A stretch of DNA of 63,272 nucleotides, counting the filler, from Lenisia limosa (lineage: Eukaryota; Protista; Breviatea), in the NCBI GenBank assembly GCA_001655205.1. It is 10 parts of 10 records of this genome, joined end to end, with 100 filler letters (N's around TTAATTAATTAA, not from the genome) between each part and the next. Parts side by side here need not be neighbours in the genome. Positions count along the whole stretch, not along the records: positions 9,746 to 32,582 come from LPNZ01007902.1; positions 32,683 to 39,510 come from LPNZ01000944.1; 8 more parts are not named here. One strand, written 5' to 3'. The translations under genes and the position numbers were made by a program. The notes beneath the pieces were generated by a model, which saw only the letters and a list, made by a program, of their open reading frames with translations, had not been told where the DNA came from and ran no database searches. Below are positions 23,310 through 37,800 of this stretch, one piece after another; the first letter of the stretch is position 1; each line of letters begins with the position of its first letter.

Positions 23310-25990
23310 AACTATTGGAATAAAGTGACATCGATATTGCTGAAGGGAACCCATGCAATGTGGAACATTTCTTCTTCAATACGATCGATCTGAGTGTGAT
23401 AAACTTCAGACAAACTCACCTGATCTTTGAGGAAATGTTCTTTTCTGTGAGCATGAGTGACCTGGTCAATTTCCAGAGAAAGTGCGTTGTATTGTTGCTT
23501 CCTCTCTTGTTTTCTTTTTTCGTGTCTAACAACACATTGTCGGTGTCTTTCCTGGGGATGTCAATGACATGTCCAAACACCTCACCTGAGTCTTGAGCTT
23601 TTCTTGGTAGTAGGCTTGGAAGAGCTAAAAGGTAAGAAGCTTGATAGTTGGCCAACTGAGTGGCGCTTCTCGGCCGCTTGGTGTCTGTATTCAGCTCGGT
23701 AAGGTGAGGCTGGACATTCCTCTGTCAATCGTCTGTAATGCGGGGAAGCAGGACTGGGAGTGAAATTGAATGTGACATTACTTACGCAGTTGCTTCGTCA
23801 AGAATCAATGTCCATGACTGTCCGTGAGGGGTGATGCGCTAAATGGTGAAATTACATGAGAGTAGCTAAAATTCTACGTTCCTCCAGCACATACCCGGTT
23901 TGTGAGACGAACTGCAACAGCTTCATTTTCCAAAGTTGACAAGTCCTTGAAAGTTACCAAACTCTCATCCTAACCTCGTTTTTGTCAACAGCCTCTGTGA
24001 TGCTAATGCCCTTGTTCAAAATCATGGGTCCATGGGGATGTGGCTATTTTGTCAAATACGTTCAAATAAACACATACCTGAGCCACGGGAACTGATGAAA
24101 TGTTGAGTGACATTCTATTTCTGAAATGTAAAGCCCAAGACTGCAAAACCAACATGAGCAAATTCGAAAAACGCCTGGCCAAATACTGCCCTGCTCGGTA
24201 CGACTAATTGCAACAGGTTCTAGTGAGCGTAACACAAAAACAGGATCAGTTTCCCACCTGGAGGCCGCGGAGAAGCAATAGGAGCTGGAGAAGCGACTAA
24301 CTGACCCTTCTTCCAGCTGTACAGGAAGAAATGTGATTGAATGGGAACTGTGGTTAGGAGGTAATTTCACTATTATGTGTTAGCACTAAAACGGCAAAAC
24401 AATACTTAAATATCAGCGAAAGTGAATGAATGCACAAAAGCGGAAGAAAAAACAACAAAAAGGATGGACTTACCCGATATGGTAATCTGGTTATCGACTG
24501 ACATAAGTTCTGAATTGTAAAATAGGCCTACTCGGTTACTGACATTGTGAATTAGTTTGTTCTTATAATAGTGATTTTATTCCTTATCCCAAATGGACGA
24601 AACAGTCCCATCCAGATTTGTTGACCCAAATGCCCCGTCTCGGCAGTATGATGTACGTTCTCAGGATGGCTGCTGAGGCAATTTGTAGTACTGCAATTCA
24701 CATGACAGGTTACAAGTACTGTAAAAGCTCCATCTTTGAATGATGAAATTGACAAGGCGTTAGATGTATGATGAATCCAACAGCTATGAAATTGTTATGA
24801 CTTGACATTTCATTTGAAGTATATTCGAATTAACAATCTCAGTTCATTGCAGCTCCTCAATTGGTAACTCATCATGGTCGATTTAGTAAGGTTATTGGGC
24901 AAAAACCTCTGTAGTTTCAGTGGATACTTTTTCAATTGAATTTATCATCAATCATCCATCATAACCTTTGCAGTTTTGAATATATTGTGTTATCTGTTTC
25001 CACAATCACAGTGTCCTCGCAAGCGGGACAGATATCATGAAATGTAGGAGATCCTTGAACACTCCTCACTTGATAATGTGGAAGAATTATTTGACTATGG
25101 TGGTTTTGAGATCAGTGATCGAAATGGAATGGTAAGCTTCCAATCATAAACTCTCATCCACCAGAATATTCTTCATCACGTTTGTGTCAAAAATGATCAT
25201 GAATTCCTGAAATAGTAAGCAAGTATGAAGGTTTATATGCAGTCTTCTTAAACAGCCTCGATGTGACCCTGAAGTCCGGTCATTCGCTGGACGAACACCA
25301 ATGCACTATGCCGCTCTGTGGTACGATACTCTTAATCTAACAATGAAGGGGGAGCACTGAATGCCTCGATCTGCTCATCTCCAAGAACGCTGACACCAAA
25401 CCCTCTGATGATTGGGGTTCACTGCCTTTAGTAGGTCAAGCTATTTCTCACTTCTAGGATTTGGCAAGCAAATCAGGACAGGCAAAAGCGGTCCACATCC
25501 TTGAAAAGGTATGGCCACGATTCACATCACACTTTCAGGCAATTGCACAACGGGAAGAAGAAGAGTGGAATGTTCCTTTGTTCTACAGAGAGGAGATTAT
25601 TAGTTAAACACAGTCCAAATGTAATATATGATAGAAAAAAACATATCAATCTCACCTTGGGTAAATATAACTCAACGCTGTATCAAAAAGTTTGTATAAA
25701 AAACCTCAATATTGTGCAATACGTCACCATCCTAGGACTTGAAGAATTCAGCTTTTGCTTTCTGAATGGTTAAACCAAAATTCTAATGTTCTAACCGGCT
25801 CAAGACCAACCTTTTTATCTTTGGTCTTGGTCCTTTTTGATGACTTCTCTGGTTTACTCTTTTCAACTCTCTTCTCTTGTCCTTGCTCCTTTTCTTCAGA
25901 TTTTGGCTCTGCATCTTTTTTTACCTTCTCTTGGTCGACTTTTTCCTTTCCCTCCTCCTTCTTTTTTGAAGCCTATAGCAGTATTATTTC
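23310..25990 (-). CDS. Hypothetical multi-exon protein with lysine/glutamate-rich segment
   Basis: Exons include GFKKEGGGKGKVDQEKVKKDAEPKSEEKEQ..., GISITEAVDKNE, RITPHGQSWTLILDEAT, VFGHVIDIPRKDTDNV, EIDQVTHAHRKEHFLKDQ | IDRIEEEMFHIAWVPFSNIDVTLFQ*. The middle part is not resolved. Confidence 0.4.
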
Positions 25991-27159
25991 TCTATGTTTC
26001 ATTGAAACAAAATGTCACATTAATGTTGACCCATATCCACTGTGATATATGATCATTTTCACACGTATGAAGTACCACTAATTGAAACAAAATGTAACGT
26101 GTCGTACATATATGTGCATACGTATACATGATATATTTATATATAGTATATATAAAAATAGGTGGCCGAAGCACCATCACGATTATAAGGGATATCGGAT
26201 TATAGTAAAACATTAATGTACCCAATCATTTTTCTATGATCAAATGCCGTCATTTGAGACGAAATGATGAAGATAACACGAGGGTTAATTCCGAGTATNN
26301 NNNNNNNNNNNNNNNNNNNNNNNNNNNNNNNNNNNNNNNNNNNNNNNNNNNNNNNNNNNNNNNNNNNNNNNNNNNNNNNNNNNNNNNNNNNNNNNNNNNN
26401 NNNNNNNNNNNNNNNNNNNNNNNNNNNNNNNNNNNNNNNNNNNNNNNNNNNNNNNNNNNNNNNNNNNNNNNNNNNNNNNNNNNNNNNNNNNNNNNNNNNN
26501 NNNNNNCACCTTCGCTGCCACTGCAAAAGAAGCCATTTCATGGAGAATTGTCAACTAAAATAATAAAAGAAATTGCTTTTGATAAAAGACCATTGAATTA
26601 TTATTGCTTACACATATGGTCAAGGACAGAACACTGAGGGGTACAGCAATTGTGAAGAGAACAAAAATTCCATGTGGGTCGAAGTAGTTTTGCGTTGCAA
26701 TCAGCTCCCAGCTTGCAGCTAACTCCTCATTGAGGTAGGGTAAACTGAAGCAAACCAGAGCTGAAGGGTAAGAGGATAGGATGAAAAAGGGGGTTAAGGT
26801 TTTAAATAATAACACATATCATATATCATGATATATATGCATATATATTAATCCAAAAAGGGATAGTCTGAAAATGGCAACATCATACAGTACTATATTC
26901 TAAACATAGAGGTGAATAATACACCATTATAATTATTTTTTCTTGACCAAACAACTTTAATAAAGTTGAAAAGAGACCCCAGCCCTCTAACTTGAGAAGA
27001 TGACAATCAGGAACTTCAAAGCAGCAATTTTGCGAACAAGAAAGGCTGCAATCCACATTGAGAGATGAAACACCATGATTCCAATCATCAATGTCTCTGT
27101 GAAATCTACCTATAACGCCATGAATAAAACATGCCAATTTCATGCCTACTGCATAGAAG

Positions 27160-28430
27160 AAGCCAATAACAACTTCGTAAAAAGAGTTGCTTCCAATGAA
27201 CTCATCCCTGTTCTCCCAGTAAAAGTGTTTTCGCTCAATAATCTAAGACGTAAGCAAGCTTTTGGTATTCTGACTTGTTTCGGCGTGGCCATACTGCTCA
27301 TGTTAATGTCATAATGGTTCTCTTGAATGTCATAGTTGTCAATATTCATTTCTGAACTGTTCAGAGAGAGAGAGAGAGGGGGGGGGGGTCTTTCTAGTAC
27401 GTGCAAACAACAAGTGAGCAAGTGAGCCCTGATTGAGTGAGTGCTAGAGCGTCAAGGACACCAAGGACACTGCCAAGGAATTAACAACCAAAGACGTGTT
27501 CCGTACCGGGCTCCTCCTCGCTGCCCAAATGGTCCAGCCAAAAGTCATTCTTTCACAGGCTCTTACTCTCATTCCGCTTCTCCCCTTTTTCTTGTTATAT
27601 CGTTATATCGTGGTTTGTGAATGAATGGCGGTAGTGGTGGGTGAAATTTATCAATCCATCCATCCATCACAACACTACGTCCAATGTCACACTCTCAGCT
27701 GAAGTATAATTGAAGAATCATGATTTTAACTTCAAAAAACTGAAATCTCAAGTGAGTATGAATGTTATTGGTAGGGTTTCAAGTCAATTGAGACAGGTCA
27801 ACAGTAGATGCTTATGTTTGTGGGTTGTTGTTATTGCTTCTCTTATCTTTTGTTTCCCTTCCTATAAGTTTTCTTCTTCCTATTGTCTTTGTGATCTTCT
27901 CACACACTTAGCTGCTCTGGCAATTCTACAGAATCCATTAGAGATATCAAACTATGTGATTGATGCTCAAAATGCTGCATTTAATTTATCAAATCAGCTA
28001 AACTTCACACAAGGCTCTGGTTGGTGCAATACAGCCGATAACTCTATTCTAGCAACGGTACAGGTCCTTGACGAGATATCGAATGGGCTCTGTGGTGTTG
28101 CGGATATTGCTGGTAGGATGTTTGGTGCTTTTGCTTTTGAATCTCGTATATATTTCGGAGAAAATAGAAAAACAAAAGATCGTTTCAGGCAAAATCATCT
28201 GGCTCACTGAGGATAGCTTTGGAAAGCTCTTTGCTTGTCAAAATAGATTTATTTTCAATTAAAGTCATCAATTTTAGAGGCTCTGCGAAATCTTCATCCT
28301 GATGACACTGTAAGCTGCAGTCCAGGACATAATCGTAACATTGACAACATTAACTACAAAGGTCCGTGCTGTTTGTCAGAATGCCGTGCTCTCCACTGCA
28401 GACTCACTGACAAAACTGAACACAAGCAAG
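27160..28430 (+). CDS. Hypothetical protein, probably membrane/secreted
   Basis: Exons EANNNFVKRVASNELIPVLPVKVFSLNNLR | SVKDTKDTAKELTTKDVFRTGLLLAAQMVQPK, and ORF 27710..28210 with a hydrophobic stretch followed by N-rich sequence. Confidence 0.3.
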
Positions 28431-31400
28431 GCTATCTTTGTAGGTTACTATCTTTCAAGTTAACGTGAAAGGCAAGTATGGCTGGTTCCCTAAATGACCC
28501 TACACTGTCTTCGGAAGAGAATGCCGTTTTATCTTCATTGTACAATGAGCAAATTAGAGAAGGTGTGTTACTAATCTCAATCGACTGTGGCATGTGGTAG
28601 TAAATAAATGAGACTCTTTTGCACTTGGCCATATTATCATCTCCCAAATTACTATACTTATTTACTAGGTGCCAGGTTACCAGAAGGAGACAAGTTTAGA
28701 CTGCACAACCTATCACAATCCATAGCACGCCTTGGGTTTACCTTTCAGAGCAACATTGTAAGGTTTTAGAAGCTTGGCTGACTTTTAGTCGTCATCCAAT
28801 CGAGTAGTGACTGTTGACAAGTCCCTTGTGACTGACTGCCCAGTTTGTGTGTGCTGGGATTTGAACCTATCACTTATGGCTGTTTGAATTTGGCAGCTTT
28901 TTTTTTTAAAAAAATGTCACTGATATCTGAACAAAAATTTCCAGTCACGTCATCTGTTTACTTCTTTTTACTAGAATTTATCGAAGACTTTTTGTCAGTA
29001 TGATAATCATAACTTTTATTCTCTTTTGAATAATTTATTTAATCTGAATCTATATCATGCAAGTCACACTTGGTTGTGGTTCTTTTTGACCTTCGACCAA
29101 GCCAGGGTTTTGAATTATTTGCTCTAATCGATTTTAGACATCGTATGCCCAAACAGATTCTGAAGGTAACTATCAGATACCAATTTCGTAAGGGGGTTTG
29201 TAGGGATGCTGGTTTGGGGACTTTCCTTGTTTGTTGCTAATTCTTAAGGTATGTTACTGCACTTTTGCCGCATGTAAAATCTCCAGAAGTCAGAAAACTA
29301 GTAGGCCTAGGATATATCAAGGATATTTTATACCCTCACTTTGAGCTTATAGAATATACTATAGGATATGATCATATATAATACAATATTATACTACAAG
29401 TATATACTCTGTAACTATTCTCATTTTGTTACGTGTTATGTATTATACATATCATATGTACATATGAAACAAACTTTGTAAATATTGTGCAAGATGGTAA
29501 AGCAAACCTTGCAATCCTTTTGTCGCTTCCACGTCTTAAATGAACCCCAAATTTCTAACATTAGCTATTTATGGCCCGATACGAGGAGCCAAGTGCAAAT
29601 GAAGATGTATTCTCGGAGATGATACAGGTAGTGAACGGTGTCTTTTTTTTCACCATTTGAAGAAGCGTCATGAGTTGGCACAGCTTCAGGGGCATAGCAG
29701 TTTCCGAGAAAGTCAGGCCACTACGCTGATGGAAGATCCCAAGAGTGTTGATGGTAATTCAAAAGTTCGTTTTTACTCCAGTAGAGTTCTTAAGTGATGT
29801 ATCAGAAGTTCTTTCAGGGCCAGCTGAAAAGGTGATTGGAGTTGACTATGGATAAAAATTGCAATAATTGACTGCTAAGGAACTAAAATGGTGTCAAGAT
29901 GTTTTGGGAACAAAGAAGGTTTATCTCAGTGACATTCCAAGAGTCCAAGGTGGGAAGAGTGTGCTGTCACCATTCAGGCTTGGTTACTAAGCCTTCGAAG
30001 TCACCAAGAGCTGATTTATCACAGTACCTGACAATTGAAAACTGCCTGGTGTGTACTGTCAATTCTATACTTTCTCGGGCCACTCACTTCGCAGACTGGC
30101 GTTCTTCGGATGATGTCTGAAGCCTTCCACGTGTCCATTACTCCATCACGGGCGGCCCCGGAGTGTTGGCATCGTGACGTCATCAAATGCTGTGTTGCTC
30201 GTGATGGAGAACCTTTGGTAAGACAGTATTGCTCTAATATCCTCAGGGGACCTTTTTTGTAGACCTTTTCGCAAGACCACACAAGACTGCTCAACCGTGC
30301 ACGTTCACACTGCTTTCACGAAAAAAGCTCAAGGATGATTCTTACCAAGTTTGGTTTTTTGATGGGTTTACCATTCAGAACCCTTGTTTGGTAGTTTCTC
30401 TTTCCATTCAGCCTGATGCCAATATCAGTATGGAAGATTGCGAAGCTCTTTGGCATGAATTTGGACATGTCGCTCATGGACTTTTCTCACATACAGTTTG
30501 TATATCATATTAGGAATTAACTGCCACAGACCCTCCAGCATGTAAGTGGCACCCGAAGCCCTCTCGACTTTGTGGAGACTCCGAGCCTCATGTTTGAGTC
30601 TCTTGCTTCAAAAACTGCTTCGAAATGGGCCAAAGTTGGTTGGGCCAAGGGAACGTACGTGACTTGAAATAGCAACAGGAAAAAATCACCCAGTGCTTGC
30701 TTCACTTTTGTAGAATTCTTTCGGGGAACCTGCACCTCAGGGTTTAATTGAAGAATTTCTCAAGACAAGAAATACTCTCAAGGCGTCGATAGCTGTACAA
30801 CAAGTAAGAGCTCGAGCTATAGTTTTGTTTTATTGTGCAGACAATCCATTCAATCTTTGATTTAGCTGTCCATTCTGGTCCGAATATCAATGCAACAATG
30901 TTGTATCGGTTTGCTATGAGTATTATCACCATTATTTAGCCAACTATTTGATGAATATTCCAAAATAGGCCCGCCACCTGGAGATTTCAAGTTTGTACTT
31001 TTCACTCCATCTGATATAACATTCAGATATTACTTGTCTTTTGGCCATTTGGTGCCGTATGCTGCATGTAAGTTATAACATTGTCTGGGTTAACCCTCCA
31101 GCGTACTACTGTTACCTCAGATGCCGAGTTGCCGCATCGCAAGTTCTCTCGTTTATTGGTAACGACCTCAATAGAGACACAGGTTGGCTGGCTCCGCAGT
31201 TAACTAGTACTGTATATTCTATCATATTATGATATCATATCATATGTAGTATTTATGATTTGACCCTGGGTGTTGTGTATCTGCTCACAACTTTCACGCA
31301 ATATAGCAGCACTTCATATAATAAGTAAAATATCATCACCTTCAATTCCTTATTTCTTGGTTCAAGTTGTGGCTTGTTTATTTTGCAGGCCCTATTCTGG

Positions 31401-34400
31401 AGACTGAATTCCTTGGACATGGGAGTGCAGTTGACCCCAAGGCGATTTTGGCCTCCTTCAAATCTGTCCATGCCGACCCATCTTTTTTCTTTACGAACCC
31501 TTACATGACGTAGTACTGACATTCAGCAATCCCAAGAAAGGAGGAGGAATAGGAGCCTATCCTGTTTTGAAGTTCGCTCCACTTTCATTGGCCGTTTTAT
31601 TATAGTTGTATTGATGATTAAGTGATGTATTACCAAAGCTACCATCAAAAGTCAGCAATAATTGCCAAATAATTACAGTAATTGCATCATAATAATCCCA
31701 TAATCCAAGTGTTTACTCTGTGTCTAATTGGAGCATGGTGTCTTTTTCTTTGAGTACCAGTTTTCTTTGAGGCCAGCAAGAGAAAGTCCGTTTTTGGAAT
31801 CAGGTGGCGCGGGCGTGGCGTAATTCGAAACAAGAAATGAAAAGTGGGAACCTGGTGGGAACGTGGAACGTAAGAAGAAACAGTGGAAGAAAAAAGACGA
31901 CGACGAGCGAGCAAGAACTGGAGAGAAGGTGAAGAAGAAAGAAACAAAGGCACAAGGAAAGGCAAAAGAAGTACCGAAGGGAAGGTAAGGGTCTCTGGTT
32001 TGTCGCTCTCGTATGTTCTTATGTGTTTTGGGTGGTTGTGGGGTGGGGATTGGTGGAGTATGCCAGAATACGGGAAGGACCATCACTCAATTCGAAGTGC
32101 TTTCCGGAGGGTGCTATGACTATCTCTTCTGTCCTGCTTGGCTCTTTTTTTTTTTTTTCTGCCTGNNNNNNNNNNNNNNNNNNNNNNNNNNNNNNNNNNN
32201 NNNNNNNNNNNNNAGTTAATATTTATTCTTTTAAGAGCCAATGGCACCCCGTCATTTTTTGCTCCTTGTTCTTGTGGTTGCTTCTTTATGGGTTTGTTGG
32301 GTATGTAATTATTGACATTGTTTCCGCTGGCGTTTTACCTAAGTTAATCCCCCCCTGCACCTGCACCTGGATTCCGAATAACTTTTTTTATTATCATTTT
32401 CACACGTGTGAACTGTCATTTTGCACGCAGTATTATCATCCTTCTCGGAGCAACCATGACTTTCCAGACGCCACTCTTGGCCATTGAGCTTGGTGTTGAC
32501 GCCGTCCCGGCAGTCTCTGATATCAATGTTGACGGTAAGTCAGAGTTGGTTCCTTCGGTTTTCGATTGGATTTGTTGACAATNNNNNNNNNNNNNNNNNN
32601 NNNNNNNNNNNNNNNNNNNNNNNNNNTTAATTAATTAANNNNNNNNNNNNNNNNNNNNNNNNNNNNNNNNNNNNNNNNNNNNGCCATCTCCCTACCTTCT
32701 ACTATGCCCACCTCATTCACCTCCTCTAACTTTCACAAAGCCTGCCCCCTAACTTTCTAGTCCGAAGCTAGCAGCTTGAAAGGAGTACATCAGGGTATTG
32801 TTCACTCTCAAATGTCGTCTTTGGGTAAGAGGAGGGGGGGGGGGATTTCGTTGATTCCGAAAAAACCACAACAATCCCATTTGTTCAGACTTTATGGAAG
32901 CCAATCTTATGTCTTCTTGAAACCCAAGAACCCCCTAACGACGCAGCCCCCTCCCCATCGCTCACGCAATCCGGGGAGAACATTCAGTCAGTCAACTCAA
33001 TTGCCATGGTCCTCTCTGGGATGGCCAGCCCCTTCCACCCCCCCTCGCGAAGCCTGCCGCCGTCTATACCCGGATCAGTGGCCTCATCCCCCAACAAACC
33101 TACCATCTCTGTGTGATTGATGTGTATTTTTATTTGTTTCTTAGTTTTCTTTCTTTCTTATGTTTTGTTTAGCACATTTTCTGGTGATTTGAATGTATAT
33201 TTTTATTGCAAAATGTGTTGCCCCGATCTGATGAGGTATCTTGGGCTGCTTCTCAGATATTTATGTTAGGGATGATTGTTTTTTTTTTCGTAGCCAGCGG
33301 CTAGAGCAAGGCAGGACAAGGGGCTTCCACTCATGAAAATTTGTATTCCACCAGATTCCACCACCACCACTCTCCAAAACCCTCCACCATTCACCACTAT
33401 TTTTGGCATAATCGTTGTGAATATTATACTATATAATATACTATATAATAATTAGACCTAATTTTTGTACTAAGAACCTAATTACATTTGAATTACATTA
33501 CTACACATAACTGAAACTGTTTACTACTCAATGACTCAACTTTGAATGCTGTGACTCAATCGAAGGAACTCAATGTCCTTCTCCAATATTTTATTTTATT
33601 TTTTCCGAAAAAAAAACATGAAAAAAACAACTGGCAACAAGAGTTTCTACCATCCACTACTCTCCGAAACTCGGTTTCCACCATCCAACACTATTTGACT
33701 GGTGGCATACTAATTTTCATGAGCGGAGGCCCCCTGAGGCAGGAATGGTCAATGAGTCAGCAGACTTACTACAAAAGGAAACTTTGAGGCAAGGGTCTGG
33801 AAAATTGTTCACCAAAAAATTTCCCTAAATCTCTACTACTCCAAGACTTAGGTCGATAAGCTAGCAAACCTCCGCTATCCTGCATTCATTATGCTAATGT
33901 AACAAAAGCAAAGCCAAGAAGGAGCAGAGTCGGCATTTGGAAATTTAGTGAAAATGCCCATCCAGGCTAACTGGGGTATTGAGCCTCAAAAGCGGAAGGT
34001 TATCCAACATTCTGCACAGAGAATAGGAATTCTGTTCTTCTTCTGCGCTATTATAGAAGTCCTTTCGATGATCTCTCAGGTTGGAGGGCTTGGTGCAATT
34101 TTAAACATAATTTATTATTCTATTAGATTGCCATTTATAAAATTACGGTTTATTATTGTTCTACATACCATTCCGAGGCATTCAGCCCTGCCAGTGCCTC
34201 CTCTCGCAGTTCCTATATCAATTAAGGCTCATACGTAGTTAAAAATAGTAATACATTGGTGAAACTATAAAATATCAGCTTCCCTAACCAACCCTAACTT
34301 TCAAAGGGCATACTAGATATATTTTATGTTGGCTCTTTTGAGGAGACGTGTTAAAAAGCAAAAGGGTAAGGATTCATATTGCATATGAATGCCACAGACT

Positions 34401-34841
34401 GACATTCACTCACAGAGTTCCCCTTCGTCAATCTGCCACGTGCTGAGTTTCGTTAGTGTGGCTTCAGGGATGATCACAATAGTTGTTCTGGTTTCCCTTA
34501 TTCTGCGCATTAGAGACCCGGAGACAGCTGCTGTTTGTGTCACTGCTGTCTGGCCAATTACGGTGGGAGGTGTGTTTGCTAACTAGAGGTTTGTGGCAGC
34601 TGAGTGCAAAAAAAAAAAGATGGAGTATCATAATGAAGTTTTATATTAACTTCTTTCATTTTCATAAAGTTATGACAAGTAACTTGTGACAATCTATCAA
34701 ATTATTTATTTTGTCATGGTAGCCATTTTAATAACTATTCTAGATAATGTTTCTTTTTGCCTGGGCCTTCACAACAAACATTAACCCCGCCGNNNNNNNN
34801 NNNNNNNNNNNNNNNNNNNNNNNNNNNNNNNNNNNNNNNNN

Positions 34842-37800
34842 ATTTACCACTGTCACAAGTGGAGGCATGACTGTCTTACATTCTATAGTCTTCATTCAGG
34901 TCTGAGGGGCTGGTTCTCCATTCCAGAAGTCCAAGATAATTATCAGATATATTAGATTATTCTTCTCAAATATAACATCTTTACAATGAATCATATTTAT
35001 ATTGAACCATCATAGAGGAGTTTGGAAAATGATGATTCGCTTGCCTCATGTTGATCAGACTCCTTCACTTTTGGGGTTCTATTTTTTGATTTGCAAATTG
35101 GAAGTTGACAAGGCTGACGCAATTGCCTTTTCACTATCTGTAAGGCGGATGTAATTTTCTACAAAACATTCATAAAATGAAACAAAATTGATGATTATAT
35201 GAAATTCTGTAAGCATTTCGACGTGAGGCATATTGATCTAAATTTAGATTGTCTTTGTCATGTGCGTGTCTTCAGTAATTGTTCTCCTCCGATTTAAGTC
35301 TCGAAACGTATCGTATGGATATCATTCCGCTGTGAGGGGCTGAAAAACCATTTCAATTTAGACAATTAATGGTATTTAAGCCAATGTTTGTGAAAATCTC
35401 CTTTCCGCATGAAGTTTTAGATAATTGACTCTGAGGCTCTTACAATGAAACTGGTAAAAAGAGGACCCTCGGGAATTCCGAAAGCATCTGTGGGGGGTAA
35501 TTCTGAAACTATTTTTTGGTTTGATGGTGACACACTATATTAGCGAGATGTGCTGTGTTACGGTTATCTCTTTGTATTATATCTTCATGTACCTTACAAA
35601 ATCAGGGGTTTCGAGAGTTACCACCTCAAGGCCAAATGAACGCATTGATTGCCATAATTGAGGTTTGCTTCTGTGTTTGTTTCATTTAACTACTCAGATC
35701 TGTCCCAAACAACGTGAAGACACCCCAGGTATGAGTTTAGCAAATAGGACAAGCTTCTTAAGCACTAATCAGTCGTATCTAAATATTTAATAATAAAATA
35801 TTATTCTCATTTATTTGAAAATTGAGTAATCCAAACCCAACTTACGTTTTAGTGTTTGCGACAGAAGCTGAAAACAACTTCGCCAAAATGGTTTCCTTAC
35901 TGAACTATGTTTGGGGTTTAAGGAAAGCTGATATGATTGATCAAATTGATACATACCTTACGCTACAAATAAATATATTCATGGATATTACATTTTAGAT
36001 CATTGAAAGCACGTTTGGGTTGATATCCTTAGGAACAACAGGCTCGTGGTTGGCAAATTCGGTTAATTCCTCATTTCAATATGTGTTATCAAATATATCA
36101 TTGGGAAATATTCGTCTTTTGTTTAGGAAGCTTTCATGATTCTTCAGCTTTGTATTCACCAATCTCAATTCGAACGTGGGTGTGAATGAAACTCTAATGT
36201 TTGAAACTGCGTATCAAAGCGTTATGCAAATTAACAAACATCAGTTAGGTTATTCCAAGGTTGGAAATTTGGGGAGATTCGATGAAAACTGAATAGAGTA
36301 TTCATAATTGTGTAGGCGTTCTTGCATTCGGGATTAATTCTCTTCGGATCCCTGGGAATAAACCCCATTCAAAAAGTTGGAAACTAAGGAATCATTAACT
36401 ATTCAAAACAGTATTCAATATTCATTGCCTCTGCCTATCTGTGAAGTTTCTTAACTAATAGTTTTTCGGCGATGCAATTGACTGTGCAAAAAACGCACTT
36501 CAGCTCCAACCACTTGGAGGAGTTTACAGCTCAAGGTGTGATCACTACTTGCGATCTTGTTTTATATAATTTACTGCCTATGATATAATCTGCACCAAGT
36601 GTAAGTTATTTTCTCTTATTATAAGTGAGAATTAATTACACTTTTGCCTCAACTTACTTTCAAGATGCTTTATGGACAGTCTCACACCTCAAATAATCAA
36701 GCTGGCCGTTTTTGTTGGTAAGTATCCCAAAACCTGTTTAACTGCACAAGGTGATATCTCATTTTCGGATTACGTTACTTCCGTATTCCTGCTTCCCAGT
36801 CCAGAGTAAGATTTACATTATCCGAGAGTATATCATATATCATATCATATGATAAATTGATATACTTAATATTATCATTGTGAAAAATAATGCTTTTGGG
36901 CGTCTCTACAAGGTCAATTTTGTATATTTTTATCAATTTAGGAAGCCACCCGACATGAACAGTAGGGTGATGTTACAAAGGGGGTATATTTTTGCATTAA
37001 ACATCTAGAATAACTATTAGTACTTCAATATCCACATTTTTATCACCCATTGGGGGGACAATTTTGGTTCACGATGCGTTATAACATATCATTTTTAAGA
37101 ACGTTACACCTTTAGACTTCATGACTCCCTCTGATAAGCGTGTCAATATACTAGCTAATTTAGTTATTGAAGTATGTTGGTCATTAGAATATTGCGCTGT
37201 GTTCGGTTGTACTTCATAATAATCGAGTCAAAACAATTTCCATAGCTATTTGTGTTACATGATTTCAGAATTGTTGACTGATCCAAAACCCGTCTGCTTT
37301 CAATAATATTTGCAGAACGAGAAACCTGTGATGACATCTGCACCTTCATCCAATTCGTCTGCCCCGTTTCAACGATTCACCAAGCATATTTCCAATCACA
37401 GAACAAGCAATAAGTCGCCAAGTCGTGCACCGCGTGAGTTTATCAAATCATGGCATCATCTTGATCATGATAAGCTTATACCACAGAGATTGCGGAATCC
37501 ATAATGAAATTGCCTATAGTTGGCGGTATGGCGTTTCCAATGAAACTAAATGAAAGTGCCTATATGATATTCAAATTGAAGCGAATGAAGTTTGTCAAGG
37601 TGAGTTTTTCAATAATCCCTTCATGGATTTCTTTAGATCCCAATCGCCCTGATAGTATTCATTGGTGCTATAGTTAAGCTCATTTTTGACTCAGTTCATT
37701 TTGCATTCACAATCGGTAACTTTCAGTGATATATTATCTCTTTAGGACTTCTTACTTCTACCGTCGTATGTATTTATATCATTTGGATTTCGTGCCGTAC

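Noticed and set aside
23310-24400. Possible SPOC domain in the minus-strand hypothetical gene
   Set aside because: Only a vague W.G-like motif; not enough similarity to call without a profile search.
35600-35760. In-frame TGA codons suggesting an alternative genetic code
   Set aside because: Neighbouring frames are also broken by TAA/TAG and frameshifts, and the recognised genes end in standard TAA, TAG or TGA. Decay explains it better.
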